A DNA stretch of 64,000 nt. Source: the human T2T-CHM13v2.0 reference genome, Homo sapiens. The first letter of the stretch is position 1. The number at the start of each line of letters is the position of its first letter. The DNA lies in NCBI RefSeq assembly GCF_009914755.1, contig NC_060947.1. The stretch is one strand, 5' to 3'. The translations under genes and the position numbers were made by a program. Below are positions 13,269 through 26,500 of this stretch, piece by piece. The notes under the pieces were generated by a model. It was not told the origin of the DNA, made no database searches, and saw only the letters and a list, made by a program, of their open reading frames with translations.

Positions 13269-14649
13269 ATAATGAGAGCACATGGACACAGGGAGGGGAA
13301 CATCACACACTGGGGCCTGCTGGGGGTTGGGGGGCAAGAAGAGGGATAGCATTAGGAGAAATACCTAAAGTAGATGACGGGTTGATGGGTGCAGCAAACC
13401 ACCATGGCATATGTACACCTATGTAACAAACCTGCATGTTCTGCACATGTATCCCAGAATTTAAACTGTAATAAAAAATGAATAAATATTATTAAAATAA
13501 AAAAGTGGCAATATTAAGATTAATTCTTATTTTCTGCAGCGTCAGTATGACTACAGTTTAGTAAGTGTAACAGAATAACTGATTTTGTTGTTTTGCCTGT
13601 CCTAATAACCTTATTTCTCAAAGACTTGGTGACAAAATCTCTGTGGAATTTCTTCCTAGGTTTACTCAATTTTTCTTCAGTGTATTCATTCTTTCCTGTC
13701 TTGTTTAATCATTTGTAAGTCCTCATGTCTCAGATGTATAGATGTCTTTTCTCTCTATTACTATTGAATTCCCATAAGATAATTATTCAATAGTAAATGA
13801 GGCCAGCATTTATAAAATGTATCCTTTTTAATGCCCTCCCAGCCTTTGGTCTTTAATGTGGTTCCTTTCATACTTGATTCTTATTGGCATCACAGTTTTT
13901 CTGAAATATCTATATATTCAATATTTAACCTGATAATCTCTGTCAAGTTTCTAAAGGGTAGAAGCCACATTTTCACTACGTTTATTCTCAATGGCTTCAT
14001 GGTATGTACCATAAAGTAAGTAATTAAGTAATTTATGAATGTTGAATGGAGCTGAGATGAAATTGACTGACAGCTTCAGGGTTAAATGGTTGCATATCTT
14101 CACTGTCTTAATTTACTAGGACAGTTTTTGTTGTTTATCTCATCACTAAATATAGGTATGTAGTCATAGCTATTATCCTATGATGCTTGGTACAATTATT
14201 TCCTAAAAATGGCGGTTTTGCGTCAGGGAGTGTGTATCCCTGGAGAAGTATATATATGGGCAAAAAAAAAGTACTTTATAAAGTACAAGGATTCCAGAGA
14301 CCATATTTTTCAACTTAGCAGTGACTTCTCATCCATCTCTTATCTTCTCTGCTCCAGGTACTTTCTTGCCAATTGAACTATTTTATTTTATCACTTCAAC
14401 TTTTCCTAGGGATGTCAACTTTGTTCTTTTTTTTTTTTTTTTTTTTTAAATGACGAAGCAATGCCTGGCCAAATCCAGATTCTTAAACTTGATGAACCAC
14501 TTCTTTGGCACAAGTTGTGGTGCTTGCAATAGATGTAGAGAATTTTTAAGACTATTAGATACATAGTCTCTGCCCTGAATTAAAATAGAAATGACAAAGA
14601 GGTACGTTGAATCAATCACAATGGCTAACTGGATAACTACATCTTGAAG

Positions 14650-14860
14650 GTATATATTGCTTCATACATTCCAAAGTATTTCCACAATAATTGCATCATT
14701 TGACATTCACAACAATTTTGAGAGAAAAGTTGGGAAGATATATTATCTTTTCCAGTCTTTAGAAGAAGAAATTGAGATACAGATAGGTTTAATGGTATAC
14801 TCAAAGTCACATGGGAACTTTCTGTCAGGAACAGAACCCTAGAATTCATATATCTGACAT
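14650..14860 (-). mobile_element. MIR SINE
   Basis: 'gaagaagaaattgagatacagataggtttaatgg...caaagtcacat' antisense MIR core. Confidence 0.65.
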
Positions 14861-15004
14861 AAATTAGACTACTTCTATTATACAAAACTAAGTTTAGTAA
14901 TTTATCAAGATGTTTCCTGTTTTATGCATACAAAATATATACATACATTAAAATTTGGCTAATTTTTTACATGGATTTAATCTGACTGTGCTACAGTGCT
15001 AAGG

Positions 15005-15388
15005 TGTATTAGTCCATTTTCACACTGCTATAAAGAATACCCAAGACTGGATAATTTATAAAGGAAAGAGGATTAATTGACTCACAATTCCACATGGCTG
15101 GGGAGATCTCAAGAAACTTACAATCATGCTGGAAGGGAAAGGGGAAGCAAGGACCTTCTTCACATGGCTGTAGGAGAGAGAAGAAAGCATGTATAGGAGG
15201 AACTGTCAAACACTTATAAAACCATCAGATCTCATGAAGAACTCACTCACTATCATGAGAACAGCATGGGGGAAAATGTCCTTGTGTTCCAATCATCTCT
15301 CACCAGTTTCCACCCTCCACACATGGGGATTATGGAGATTACAATTGGAGAAGAGATTTGAGTGGGGATACAGAGCCAAACTATATCA
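15005..15388 (-). mobile_element. THE1D-like MaLR solo LTR
   Basis: Termini tgtattagtcc...aaactatatca. 5-bp TSD taagg/caagg at 15000-15004 and 15389-15393. Confidence 0.9.
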
Positions 15389-15735
15389 CAAGGTTTCAAT
15401 TGAGAAATAAGTTGGATGGAATGCCACGTCAGCATATTTGAGACAAAATGGAAAAGTGATTTTGCAGTGAATATAAATGAAACTTTTTTTGAAATACAAT
15501 AGTTTAAATTACTGAAAGCCTTAAATTTGCTATTTTTAATTTATTTAATAACCAGTGAACAAAACTTTACCTTTTAATGTGACAAGATTAGAAAAAGAGT
15601 TTTATGTCTAAAACAGTTAAAGGTGCTTTTTAGAAGACAAAGTCTAAGGTGGAAGTTAGGGAATAATAATATACTTCTATAAATATAAGTCAGGATACTT
15701 TGATGATAGCTCCAAATTTTCAAAGGCTTCTTTTA

Positions 15736-15834
15736 TTTTTATTTTTATTTATATATATCTATATATTTTATTATACTTTAAGTTCTAGGGTACATGTGCA
15801 TAACGTGCAGGTTTGTTGCATATGTATACATGTG
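15736..15834 (-). mobile_element. Ultra-short L1PA 3' end insertion
   Basis: T-rich tail plus 'ttatactttaagttctagggtacatgtgca...tatacatgtg'. TSD tcaaa(g/a)gcttctttta at 15720-15735 and 15835-15850. Confidence 0.88.
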
Positions 15835-16082
15835 TCAAAAGCTTCTTTTAAACACTGACTTTTAAATTAACATCAAAGCTGAAAAATCACACATAAGGAT
15901 AATACTTTTATTTCTAACTGGAGAATAAATAAGGTGAATCTATTAGTAAATGAAGTAAAAGTCATTGCATTCAAACTTCAGAAAACCCAAATAACCTCAT
16001 AAAATTGATGTATGTGATTATGTGCCACTGTAGGTGTTGTTTGTATACATTTTAATTTCACCAGCACCAAAAATATGGCACA

Positions 16083-16425
16083 ACAGTGGACTGATTGCTT
16101 GTATTTCCTAAAATTCATTTGTTGAAGCCCTAATTCCAATGTATTAAGATGTGGGTCTTTTGGCAGGTGATTAGGTCGAGTGTGGAACCCTTATGAATGG
16201 GATTGGTGCCCTTAAAAAATAGACCACAGTGAGCTCTTCTCTCTATGTGAAAATACAACAAGAAGTCATCAGTCTGTAACCCAGAAGAAGGCCCTCACCA
16301 GATACCACATGTGCTGGTGCCTGGATATTGGATTTTTGTTCTCCACAACTATAAAAAACAAGTATTTGTTTTTAAGCCACCCAGTCTATGGAATTTTTGT
16401 TATAGCAGCCTAAATGGACTAAGAC
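16083..16425 (+). mobile_element. MLT1A0-like MaLR solo LTR
   Basis: 'aaattcatttgttgaagccctaa...taagccacccagtctatgg...gttatagcagcc...ggactaagac'. Confidence 0.85.
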
Positions 16426-17474
16426 GTTACCATGATCCAGTAACAAAACAAAATAGAATGTGATTATTGAATCTCATCCTCGTGAGGGGAAAGTAATTGA
16501 ATTTATATATTTTTCAGATGCAGATAGCAGGACTTATAGCATCATCTGTAGCTAATGAAAGTGAGTTTTTATTTGATGTAAGACTTGTTCCCTACTACCT
16601 AAATTGGGGATTATAGAAAGGACTTTCTTACAGTTATTATGATTTTTAATACAGAATTACTAGAGAAAATGCCACTTAATGTAATTATTGTTATTTGCAG
16701 GTGTTCTCACCACTTTTACAAGGGTAACATTAAATTCCATAATAATTAAACATAAATTTTTTGTGCTAATGTCATTTTTCTCATGTACTGATGAAATTTC
16801 TGTCAAGGCTTTGTGAAAACAAATGTGATAAGCTTACGTTAGGAGGTTTTTGGGCCCTAATGATCCCCAGACTATGATTCTGAACAAAGGAACTAACAGT
16901 ACTACTTTGCTGAATTAACATATCTTTATATATAAGAAAAAAGAACACAGTTGATTGTTTTATATTACTGATTTAGGAAAAATAATAACATTTGTGTTAG
17001 AAGAGCAATGTGTTTTTTAAGCTTTGATTTATGGGAATCCTCATGGGAGAAAATTAATTTTGACCTGAGTATTGTTTACACATGCTTAAAATGGAAGTGG
17101 CTCCTTGAGTACTGGGCCTGCACTTTGTATTTCTTATGAATAGCTCAGTGATTCATAAGTACTGCTGGATTCACCATAGAAATTCTTTTTAAAACTTGTT
17201 GAATTGAAATGAATATACATGAATGTATATAAAACAGCTGAGTTAAAATGGGAATTGACTGTATTCTCTGAGTTTATCTTAGTTTAGTGAAACATCTGCT
17301 GTTTATTTTCACGTTGACTTATTTACAATATATATTATCATCTTTGGTGTGAGACTTAAGGTCTCTTCTCACAATTTATTGAGTTTTATCTGAAAATGTG
17401 AATGTTTATATGGCTCCAACCATTTTGCAAACACCAACAACCATATGCATCTTGGCATACGAGACTGGAATAAT

Positions 17475-17750
17475 AAAAATAATAACTAACTTTTACTGAG
17501 TGCTTACGATGTACCAAGCATTGTAAATCCCTAAGAACTTTCTGAATAGTTTGGATTCCCAATCTATAAAATCCTATAATAACCCTATTATTTTCTTCAC
17601 GGTGAAAACAAGAGAACTGAATGAAGTACAATGAAATTAAGTAATTTGGCCAAAGTCACTTAACTAAAAATGTAGTAGGGCCAGGATGAAAAGACAATGT
17701 AAAAATTTTAGTGTAAGGAGGTAGGGTTTCTTAACCACAACGCTTTATCA
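17475..17750 (-). mobile_element. MIR SINE
   Basis: 'ttttactgagtgcttacgatgtaccaagca...ttaagtaatttggccaaagtcac'. Confidence 0.65.
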
Positions 17751-18670
17751 CTTTTGCTTAGGCACCTAGGCTGCTTCAATAAAATGATTCAAGAATTACA
17801 ATGTGTAAAAAAGAATAAAGTAGTGATGAGAGTGTGCTTTCTGGAATACCAGATTGTTCAGTGTGCTTCATTAGCTAAAGGTTTATAAAGCAATGTTTGA
17901 TCCCAAATATTGCTTTCATGATGGCATTCTTCTGTGCAAAAATTTTACAATTTCCTATAGAAATATATCCACAAACCAACCTCAGTCTAGCTTTCCAAGT
18001 TGATTATATTCTAGTTTTCTTGCCTTGTCTACCTGTTGTTTTGTTTAACATGTAAAAATTCACCTTTCTAGTCAGCACCCTCCACTTTCCCACTCATTAC
18101 AGCTTCTATACCTGTTCTCATGCCATTCTCTCTCTGCCTGGGATGTTGTCCTCAAGCAAAATCCAAACTAACTGACAATGTCCCTGAAACCACACTATCT
18201 CTTTAGGGTGCAATGATTACTTTCCGTTGAAAGTGCTATTGGAGCAGGAAAAATAAATTTACTTATTATTTTATAATTTTATTTAAATATTGTTCTCTAA
18301 AGGCACATTGTCTCTTTAATCATGTTAACTTTGACATCTCTTGCATATTTTTTGTGTTTTTCTCTAGCATTTTTGTCTAATGGTATGCAGTCAGCAGGTA
18401 TTCAATAATTAAATATTGTTAGACTGAATAACCAGGTTATATTGAGAGGCTCTATGTTCATCCTCAGCAAAATATAGCCCCCTTTCCAAACCATTGACAC
18501 AGCAACAATTGCTGGATTTCATATTGATTGGTAATAATGTTAATGTAAATTGCTAATTAGTATTTAAAACTGTATATTCAAATTGAATTGAATCGGTTGT
18601 AATACTGAAGATTTTATTAATTTTAACATGTTTACTTTTTATTGTTATCCATGAGGAGATCATTAGTATT

Positions 18671-19066
18671 TGTTGAAAGATAAATCTTGGCACTTCAACA
18701 TTTTAAAATAAAAGTTTTCCTTTCAACCACCTCCAGAGGAGCTCTTTTGCTCCTCTGGAGGTGGTTGAAAGGAACTCTGGAGGTGGTTGAAAGGAAAACT
18801 TTTATAGGGTGAATGTGAAGGAGAGCAAATAAATTATTGCTTAAAGTTTGACCAATTGCCTTATTTGTACTATCCTGGTGGGAAGGTCCTGAAAATATAA
18901 CTAATACCCAGTTGGCCACCTGTGATTGGCTGAGCTCAAGTTTCGTTTTCTTTTACATTAGGTGCTTAAAGGAAATGAATCAGAGTTAGGTTTTGTTTGC
19001 TTATATAGGAATGCAGGGTATTAGAACCACCTGTTTAACGGCCTCTCCCATTTAATTATTTTAACA
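18671..19066 (-). mobile_element. ERV1 solo LTR (MER93-like), internally rearranged
   Basis: TG...CA termini and 4-bp TSD tatt (18667-18670, 19067-19070). The minus strand begins tgttaaaataattaaatgggagaggcc and has a CCAAT box and TATAAAAG (18799-18806). Confidence 0.75.
18708..18805. repeat. Perfect 35-bp inverted repeat with 22-bp tandem duplication in the right arm
   Basis: Left arm ataaaagttttcctttcaaccacctccagaggagc (18708-18742), loop tctttt, right arm gctc[ctctggaggtggttgaaaggaa]x2 aacttttat. Confidence 0.95.
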
Positions 19067-19469
19067 TATTCAATAGACTGGTCTCTCTATGGTTTCAAAA
19101 ATTATGTTTGCCTTATACAAACCTCTTCTGTTTCAGAGTCTTAGAATCAAATGAAAAACTCATGATATAAAATGCATTTCCGGTATCGGGGAAAAAAAAT
19201 ACCTCACCTTAAAAGGCCAATTATTAATTTGACTTCTCTTACCAATATCTATTAATATGCGACCTCAATTTTCCTTATTTAGTAACTCTTTAGCTATTTT
19301 GCATTTGGAATAAGCTAATACCAAACTGTGCTACCTTGCTTCATACAAATATTTGCATAAAAGTGGTACTAAAAATAAACTGGAAGAAGGATGAAAGTGA
19401 GAGGAAAAGGTCCATCTTTGTTCTACATTGAGATCCAATTGTCTTTGTTTACAGTATTAAAAGGTTTAT

Positions 19470-19796
<327 letters not shown>

Positions 19797-20225
19797 TAAA
19801 AATTCAGCTAGAAATTGTTAAAATAAAATTTGTTATTTCTGCGTGTTATTTTAGTTATTTTATGTATTATGCTCAGCACTTCTCAGTAGACCTGTCCCGT
19901 GAAATACATAGCCTTCTGTAGAGTACTCACTTTTCCATGCTGGAATAACCAAAGAAAAGCACAGAGATGAAGATTATAATTAAAGTCTTATCTGTCAGCC
20001 CATAATATTCTATTTAACAACAATTTTTGTGTGATAAGAAGGAAACCAGGAGAAATTAGAGTTGGCAGGAATAAAAGAAAAGCATAGGAGTTATTCCCAG
20101 TTGGCAGGTCAGGTTACTATATGATGTGCATTGTGCTACTTTCACTTTAGTTCTATCATAGCTATCTTGTATAAATTGTGAAATATAAAGGCTAGAATTA
20201 GTAGTTTCATTTTACAGACAGATGA

Positions 20226-20708
20226 TATAGGGGTCTAGGGAAAACGTCCCCTTTGCCCTCTGAAGTTTCTCTGAAAAATCAACTGACAAAATGGTATACA
20301 AATTTATTAGCACGCAAAGGGAAGTAAATTATTTTTAGAGGAATTCAATGGACTTGAAGAATACAATGGGCCTGGGACAAAGTCTATTGGACCCCCAGAG
20401 CTAACAAGGTTCATGACAAAAGACTGTGCAGGTTTATTGACAGATTAACAGATTTCACTCTTTCTTCTTATAGTGTGAGTTTAGTTAATGAACACTCAGT
20501 TTTTGTTGTTTTTCTGTTGACAAGTCTGGACTTTAGGGAGATAAGGAACTTCAGAGAACAACTTTATTCCGTGTTTTAGGAGACACATTGGATTGAGAGA
20601 TAGGAGGCAGTGGTGGGAGGGTCGTGGAGGGAAGGTCAGAGAGACCTTGTGGCTTCTCCTTCAGTTCAGCAAAATGCCATAATCTGGGTTATCGGTTTCT
20701 GACCACCA
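20226..20708 (-). mobile_element. ERV1 solo LTR (MER34/MER39-like) inserted into a MIR
   Basis: 'agggaaaacgtcccctttgccctctgaag...aaatcaactgacaaaa...ggtcagagagacctt...tttctga'. 4-bp TSD atga. MIR core is split on either side (cattttacagacagatga / agactg...aaggtcacataac). Confidence 0.75.
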
Positions 20709-21166
20709 ATGATAAGACTGAAATAGTTATGGACTGTATCAAAGGTCACATAACAAGTAATGAGGTCAAGACAGTAAGTATTTAAACTCCTAGTGTTTTT
20801 ACTGGACCATGCCACAATCACACAGGCTGAAATATATGACAGGAATCAATTCATGACTCTTTTTATGCAAAAATAGTGCAATCCTAGATCCTCAGTTGTT
20901 TTATCGGAATCTTCCTCTTTAATCAGGAATGTTTTGTGCCTTCCCCCATGGACATAATTAAATTTCACGTAAACCATGTCTTAACGTAATGTGCTGAAAA
21001 TTCAGTTTCCACACCATTTTCCTATCCACCTATACATACAAAAAGACAATATGTATCGGTCCTTTTGCGTCTGGGTATTGGCAAGTGACTAATTGTAGAA
21101 TGTAGAATGTAGACAGTGATGAATGTCAAATCCATACTGGGCTGCTAAAAATCTGCTTGATCATTT

Positions 21167-21175
21167 ATCTCTCTT

Positions 21176-21207
<32 letters not shown>

Positions 21208-21225
21208 CGTGTGTTTGTTTGTGTT
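21167..21225. repeat. (CT)n(GT)n compound microsatellite, probably within an old MLT1-type LTR
   Basis: tctctctttctctctctctctctctgtgtgtgtgtgtgcgtgtg; flanks carry MLT1-like 'gaaggagcctgg..ctctgaatcactg'. Confidence 0.75.
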
Positions 21226-22274
21226 GTGTAAATCTCACTCTTTTCAACAGATGGCTAAATGTGTATTATATAGTGCAGTATTCTAAGGAAGCCCTTGACA
21301 TTGGCCACTAAATAGAAGGAGCCTGGAACTCTGAATCACTGCTTGGGATAAAGCTGCGCAAAATAAATGTCCATGCAGGAACATCTGTTTTTTTATGAGC
21401 AACTAACATTACGGCATATATTATTTCTACAGCAAGCATTAATTACCTATATAATGCAGGCATTTTTTGTTCCAGTCTCTATGATTGAGGACACATGCAA
21501 TAGAGACATACAATCAGTAGTCACTGCCTACTGGAAAGTACTCTTGTCTACAAGAGAAATGTCATCCTTTCCAATGCCAATTGTGATCAGATAGTGACTA
21601 TAGTAGTGTGAATATTAAATTACGCACATTGTCCTTTACTTGTTGCCTTCAAATAATACCGACAGTGTTTTATCAAAAAACATGTTTTCATTCCAGTTAG
21701 AAATATAAATCTGTGCAGGTGTAGGTGCTGCTGCTACAGTTACTCTTGTCTTGACACTAAAGTCTGCAAAAGTAAATTCTAATTACAGGATTTTAATAAC
21801 CATGGAATTAGCCACAGAAGTGCCCCAGCAGCTAACAGTGTGATTGTAATGTAATTATAAAAACCCACTGCATTTGCACATGCTATAACCAGTATCTAAA
21901 GGGCCCTAATCCTTAAGTCTGTTGAGAAGTCTCCCACATGATTTGCAGTATTTTCTTTGAATAGTAGCCATGCCTGGAAATATGCACATTTACCCTAAAA
22001 ATTTTCCATTACTTGGTGTGTAGAAATAATGTTTTTGACTTCTAAAAAACCCTTGCATTTTGATTTTACACGAGATGACTCACACCTGAAAAGAAAAATG
22101 AAATAAAACAACAAAACCATTTCTGATTTTCTGTAAAGTTTCCCAGCCATGCCCACCAAGATTTTGCACCTACAGAGCCAAGGATGATTTGCACTTCAAT
22201 TATTTAAGTAAACTCCAAGTGCTTAACTTTATATGAAAGTATTTTCCATATACTTTATAATTCACTGATCTCTC

Positions 22275-23022
22275 TTCTTTAAATTTTAGATTCCGGGGGT
22301 GCATATTTGTTACATGTGTATATTGCTTAATGCTGGGGTTTGGGCTTCTAGTGAACCCATCACCCAAATAGTGAACATAGTACCCAACAGGGAGGTTTTT
22401 AACCCTTTCTCCCCTCCCTACCTATGCCTCTTTTTTGTAAGACAGAGTCTCCATCTGTCTCTCAGGCTGGAGTGCAGTAGCACAATATCAGCACACTGCA
22501 ACCTCTGCCTTCTGGTTTCAAACCATTCTCATGCCTCAGCCTCCTATGTAACTGGGACTACATGTGTGTGCCACCATGCCCGGCTAACTTTTATATGTTT
22601 GTTAGAGACAGGGTTTCTCCATGTTGACCAGGCTGGTCTCAAACTTCTGGCCTCAAGTGATCTGCCCACTTTGGCCTCCCAAAGTTCTGGATTTACAGAT
22701 TGGAGACACCACGACCTGCCCCTGCCCCTCTTTTAAGTCCCTAGTGTCTATTTTTTTTTTTTTTTGCATCTTTGTGTCCATGTGTTCCCATTATTTAGCT
22801 CTCCTATGTGAGAACATGTGGTATTTGGTTTTCTGTTTCTGTGTTAATGTACTTAGGATAATGACCTGAAGTTTCATCCATATTGCTGCAAAGCACATGA
22901 TTCCCTTATCTTTATGACTGCATATTATTCCATGGTGTATATGTACCACATTTGCTTCATTCAATCCACCATTGATGGACTGTAAGATTGAGTCCATGAC
23001 TTTGCTATTGTGAATAGTGCTG
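22275..23022 (-). mobile_element. L1PB-like 3' end, interrupted by Alu
   Basis: 'gaacccatcacccaaatagtgaacatagtacccaa' 3'UTR and 'gagaacatgtggtatttggttttctg...tccatggtgtatatgtaccaca'. Confidence 0.85.
22431..22721 (-). mobile_element. Alu (old, J/S) nested in L1PB
   Basis: 'agacagagtctc...ggctggagtgcagt...ctcccaaagttctggatttacag'. Flanking repeat cctctttt. Confidence 0.88.
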
Positions 23023-23399
23023 ATCTTTTTAAAGGTTGTTTTCGAATAAAAATGTTCCAAAAATGTAAAGATATGAGTCCAAGTAATGTTGGACTAATGT
23101 TATTGACCATCTTATCTGTGAGGGAATACCACTGATTCACCTATCCTTGAGTTGGAGTTTCTCTTAGAATCACATGGATTGATATTTAAAGATCAGCTGC
23201 TCCCAACTGAGCCTTCCCATAATCAGTTTAATTCTATGACATTCAATTCATCCACAATAGTTTCACATCAGGTCATATTCCTTGTCACGTATTCTGTGTA
23301 TTACCATACTCTATGGTAGAAGGGTTGGTGTTGCTCTCTGATTACACTGTGTATTGATTTACACTGCATGATATTTGTCACATATCCCTTATCCATTCA

Positions 23400-24015
23400 T
23401 CACCTCTTCCCTAATTCAGTCCCTTTTTTCATGCTTAGGGTCTATTGCAATATGCCCTTTTCCCTCTGATTTGTACTGATTTTAAACTACTACACTCCTA
23501 CCACATTGATCTTACTAAATTTCAAAATTGATTATGCCATTTACTTTCTCTAAAACTGTCCTTTGTCTTTTGAATAATATCTAAATTCCTCATGGTATTC
23601 AAAAGTACCATCATCTCTCTTAACCTACCTCTTTAGCCTGGATTCTGATCATTCTTTACTCTGCTATAAGTACTTCGGGCTGCACTTGTGTGGTTCTTTG
23701 CATTTGTTCATGATGTTTTCTCTCCTTGGAATGACATCAGCTCTATCTCTGACTGTTAAGGTCATACTTATTTTAAAAATACCAATGCCAAAATTAAATC
23801 CTACTTTCAACTGCATTATTTTCTTTTCTCACACTATACTTTGTCTGGATGTCTATGATGTTACTGTTTACGTAGTGTTTTCAAGTAATTATGGGTCAAA
23901 CGTTGCTTATATTTTTGTCTCCTCTTCTAGAATATGAACCACTTGAGTGCAATAACCATTTCATATTCTTGTTCATATCAGATGTTCTACAATACATACT
24001 TATAAAATGAATTTG
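23400..24015 (+). mobile_element. L2 fragment
   Basis: Degenerate pyrimidine-rich L2 3' region ('ctacctctttagcct', 'tctccttggaatg', 'tagaatatgaaccacttgag'). Confidence 0.5.
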
Positions 24016-26399
24016 CTCACTGACCCTTATGACTTTATTTCTATATGGAATGTCAAGACTAAGCTTCTATTAAAACATGTATGATATAAAACAGTCATGC
24101 CCAGTCATTTGCCCAATTATCCTCATAATTGAAGCTTTTTTTTTTGACATTTACCTCTTGTAAACCTAGATTATTTGCCACTGAAAAGTCAGTAAAATCA
24201 GTCAATCAAGCATCACTGAAAGTAATAGGAATTCAGAAGTTGTTTTTAAATAAATAAACCTGAGAAGTACATGGATAATGCAGAGTGCTAAGAGAAGAAT
24301 AGGAAAAGCTGACATTGAATATAGTCAGAAATATCTACTTGGCTTTACTCTATTGAAGGGACTTTATTAACTAGATTCACGAAGTGTCACATCCCAACTA
24401 TTGCTCACTGTGTTCTTGACATTTCTTTTTCAAATCCAAATAACATATTGTATAAAATGTTGGGTTTCTACTGAGTGTGTATTAGCGTGGGCTAGAGGAA
24501 ATAAAAATAACTTGAGAAGTAAAAATTTTAATAGTTTTTGAAAGGGCAAAGCTAATTACAATACACTAATTCAATATTTATTAAGCTTATTCTAGAAACA
24601 TGATACTGTTTGGGGTACTAAGTTGTTATCCGAAAGGTGGAAGGCATGGTCCCCTTCATAAGCTCAAAGCCAATCAATTGTAAGCTATCTTTTAACATTT
24701 ACTTCAGTAATGCAATTATATGTAGACTTTTATATGTGGCTTTTCTCATGTAAATCTCACAAATTTTGAAAAAATTTCAGATAGGTACATTCATTATTCT
24801 ATGATTTTACGTTGACCACAGATCCAACTCTATCCCCATAAATATAATCTCACACAGTAATAACTTGTTGTAGAATAGTCCAGTAATATGATAAGTTTTC
24901 ATTGAAGACTGTGCCTGCAAAGTGCCAGCCTCTGTACCAAAGGAAATGTGTACTAAAGTGATAACAATTGGCATATATCCCAGTGTTGAGCAGCCCACAG
25001 TCTAATAGAAGAAACAGATAAATATACGGATGAAGGAAAGAAAGCCAGTTTTTATTAAAATCCTGTATATTCTGGATAGCATGCTGGGTATTTTACATAT
25101 GCAATCTGTAACTAAAACATGATCTGCTGTATCATAGCGGCCATGGCCCCATCCAAGAGCTACTAAATTGGGATCACTGTCTCACGTCAAGCTGTGTATT
25201 TAGAAAAAAAAAAAAAAAGAGCAGAAAAACCTATATAGTAAAAACAAGTTAATCTTGTGGCCTACATGTCTATATGGATGTAAGCTGACACAGATTTCCG
25301 CCAACTTTTTAAAATTGGTATCTATTTTTTAGGGACGGATCATTAACAGGGGGAATTGAGGCTGTAATAAGAAAACAAACAGAAATAAAATAAAAATACA
25401 ATCCCTTTAGATCCTAGTTAAGCTAATTTATCTTACTAAAGTGTGAGGCGTAGACTTATCTTTTTAGAACTCATCCCAGCCCCATTCATCTCTGTCCTAA
25501 GCTAACATTATGTGGTCTAGAAAAAAATTTCTCAGAGATCAAGAAGATTCTCATTTCTATTTCCGTATTTTCAGATGAGTGTGCTTGTCTGTTTCTGATC
25601 AAATGCTGCTGAATGAGTAAACTAAAATGGAAGGTAAATTTTTAGTTTGAGATTGTGACTTATGTAAAGTAGCCTTACTCATATTTTATATTTTCCTATT
25701 TGTTTTGTGTACTCGATCTTGTGATAATATATAGTGAGTAAATTAATTAATTATGCCTGCTTAAGCACTGAACTAGAACCCATATAATCTGGATGTGACT
25801 TGAGAAAGTCATTGCATCACTCTCGGCCTTGGTTTAATTCTACGTACAATGAAAGGATTACATTCTTTCTGATGTCCCTTCTAGTTGTAAATGGGCTTAT
25901 CGCAATATTACAGATGACGTCATATCAATAGGAACACAGAAACACATATGTAAGTAACTATTTTAATACTGCCTAATTGGTTATTCAGGGATGAAATCTA
26001 TTCCTTTCTTTAAATTCCATATTGTTCTCAATCTCTATCAAAACTTGAAAACCAAATTATAATTGTCTATATTACAATGTTCCATGGTTTTAATAATATT
26101 CATTTTAATAGAACATTTGAAAGACAGCATAGGATTTCGTTGAAACCAATATATCAACTCTTCCAGAAGACCACTGAAACCCAGACATGCTTTCTGTCAC
26201 CATAGTCTATAAGAGTGAATTCTGCTCCACAGTGGTTCCTATAATTTCTCTGATTTATGCTAATATATGCAGATTTACATTTCCTCACTATTAAACTGCT
26301 GACTTGCAACCACTGTTGCATACCAGCAGCATTATATTGTTAAGAGATCAATTATTAGTTATGGGTCTGTATATAAAATACTCACTCCTACAAGGAAAT

Positions 26400-26500
26400 A
26401 TGTAGCCATTGAAAACCAGGTCAAGGGTACATGAAACTTCTCTGTACTATTATTGCAAATTCCTGTGAAACTATAAGTATCTCAAAATAAAAAAGTTTAG
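26400..26500 (+). mobile_element. L1MC/MD-type 3' terminus
   Basis: 'aagggtacatgaaacttctctgtactattattgcaaattcctgtgaaactataagtatctcaaaataaaaaagtt'. Confidence 0.65.

Larger units (their letters stand above)
7121..13500 (+). mobile_element. Near full-length LINE-1, L1PA7/L1PA8-like (inactive)
   Basis: The 5'UTR begins 'tggccaaataggaacagctccggtctgc' (first ~15 nt missing), followed by ORF1, spacer, ORF2 and a 3'UTR ('gggttgatgggtgcagcaaaccaccatggc') with an A-rich tail. A degenerate TSD (..agtgg(a/c)aat) lies at ~7112-7120 and ~13504-13512. Confidence 0.96.

Noticed and set aside
16701-16723. Possible 23-nt exon (ttatttgcag|GTG...AAGG|gtaaca)
   Set aside because: Too short, with a weak pyrimidine tract and donor; expected by chance.
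18753-18796. 22-bp direct repeat as a possible CRISPR-like array
   Set aside because: Only two adjacent copies with no spacer, in eukaryotic LTR context.
25204-25218. Isolated poly(A) run as a processed-pseudogene tail
   Set aside because: No TSD, polyA signal or recognisable upstream transcript.
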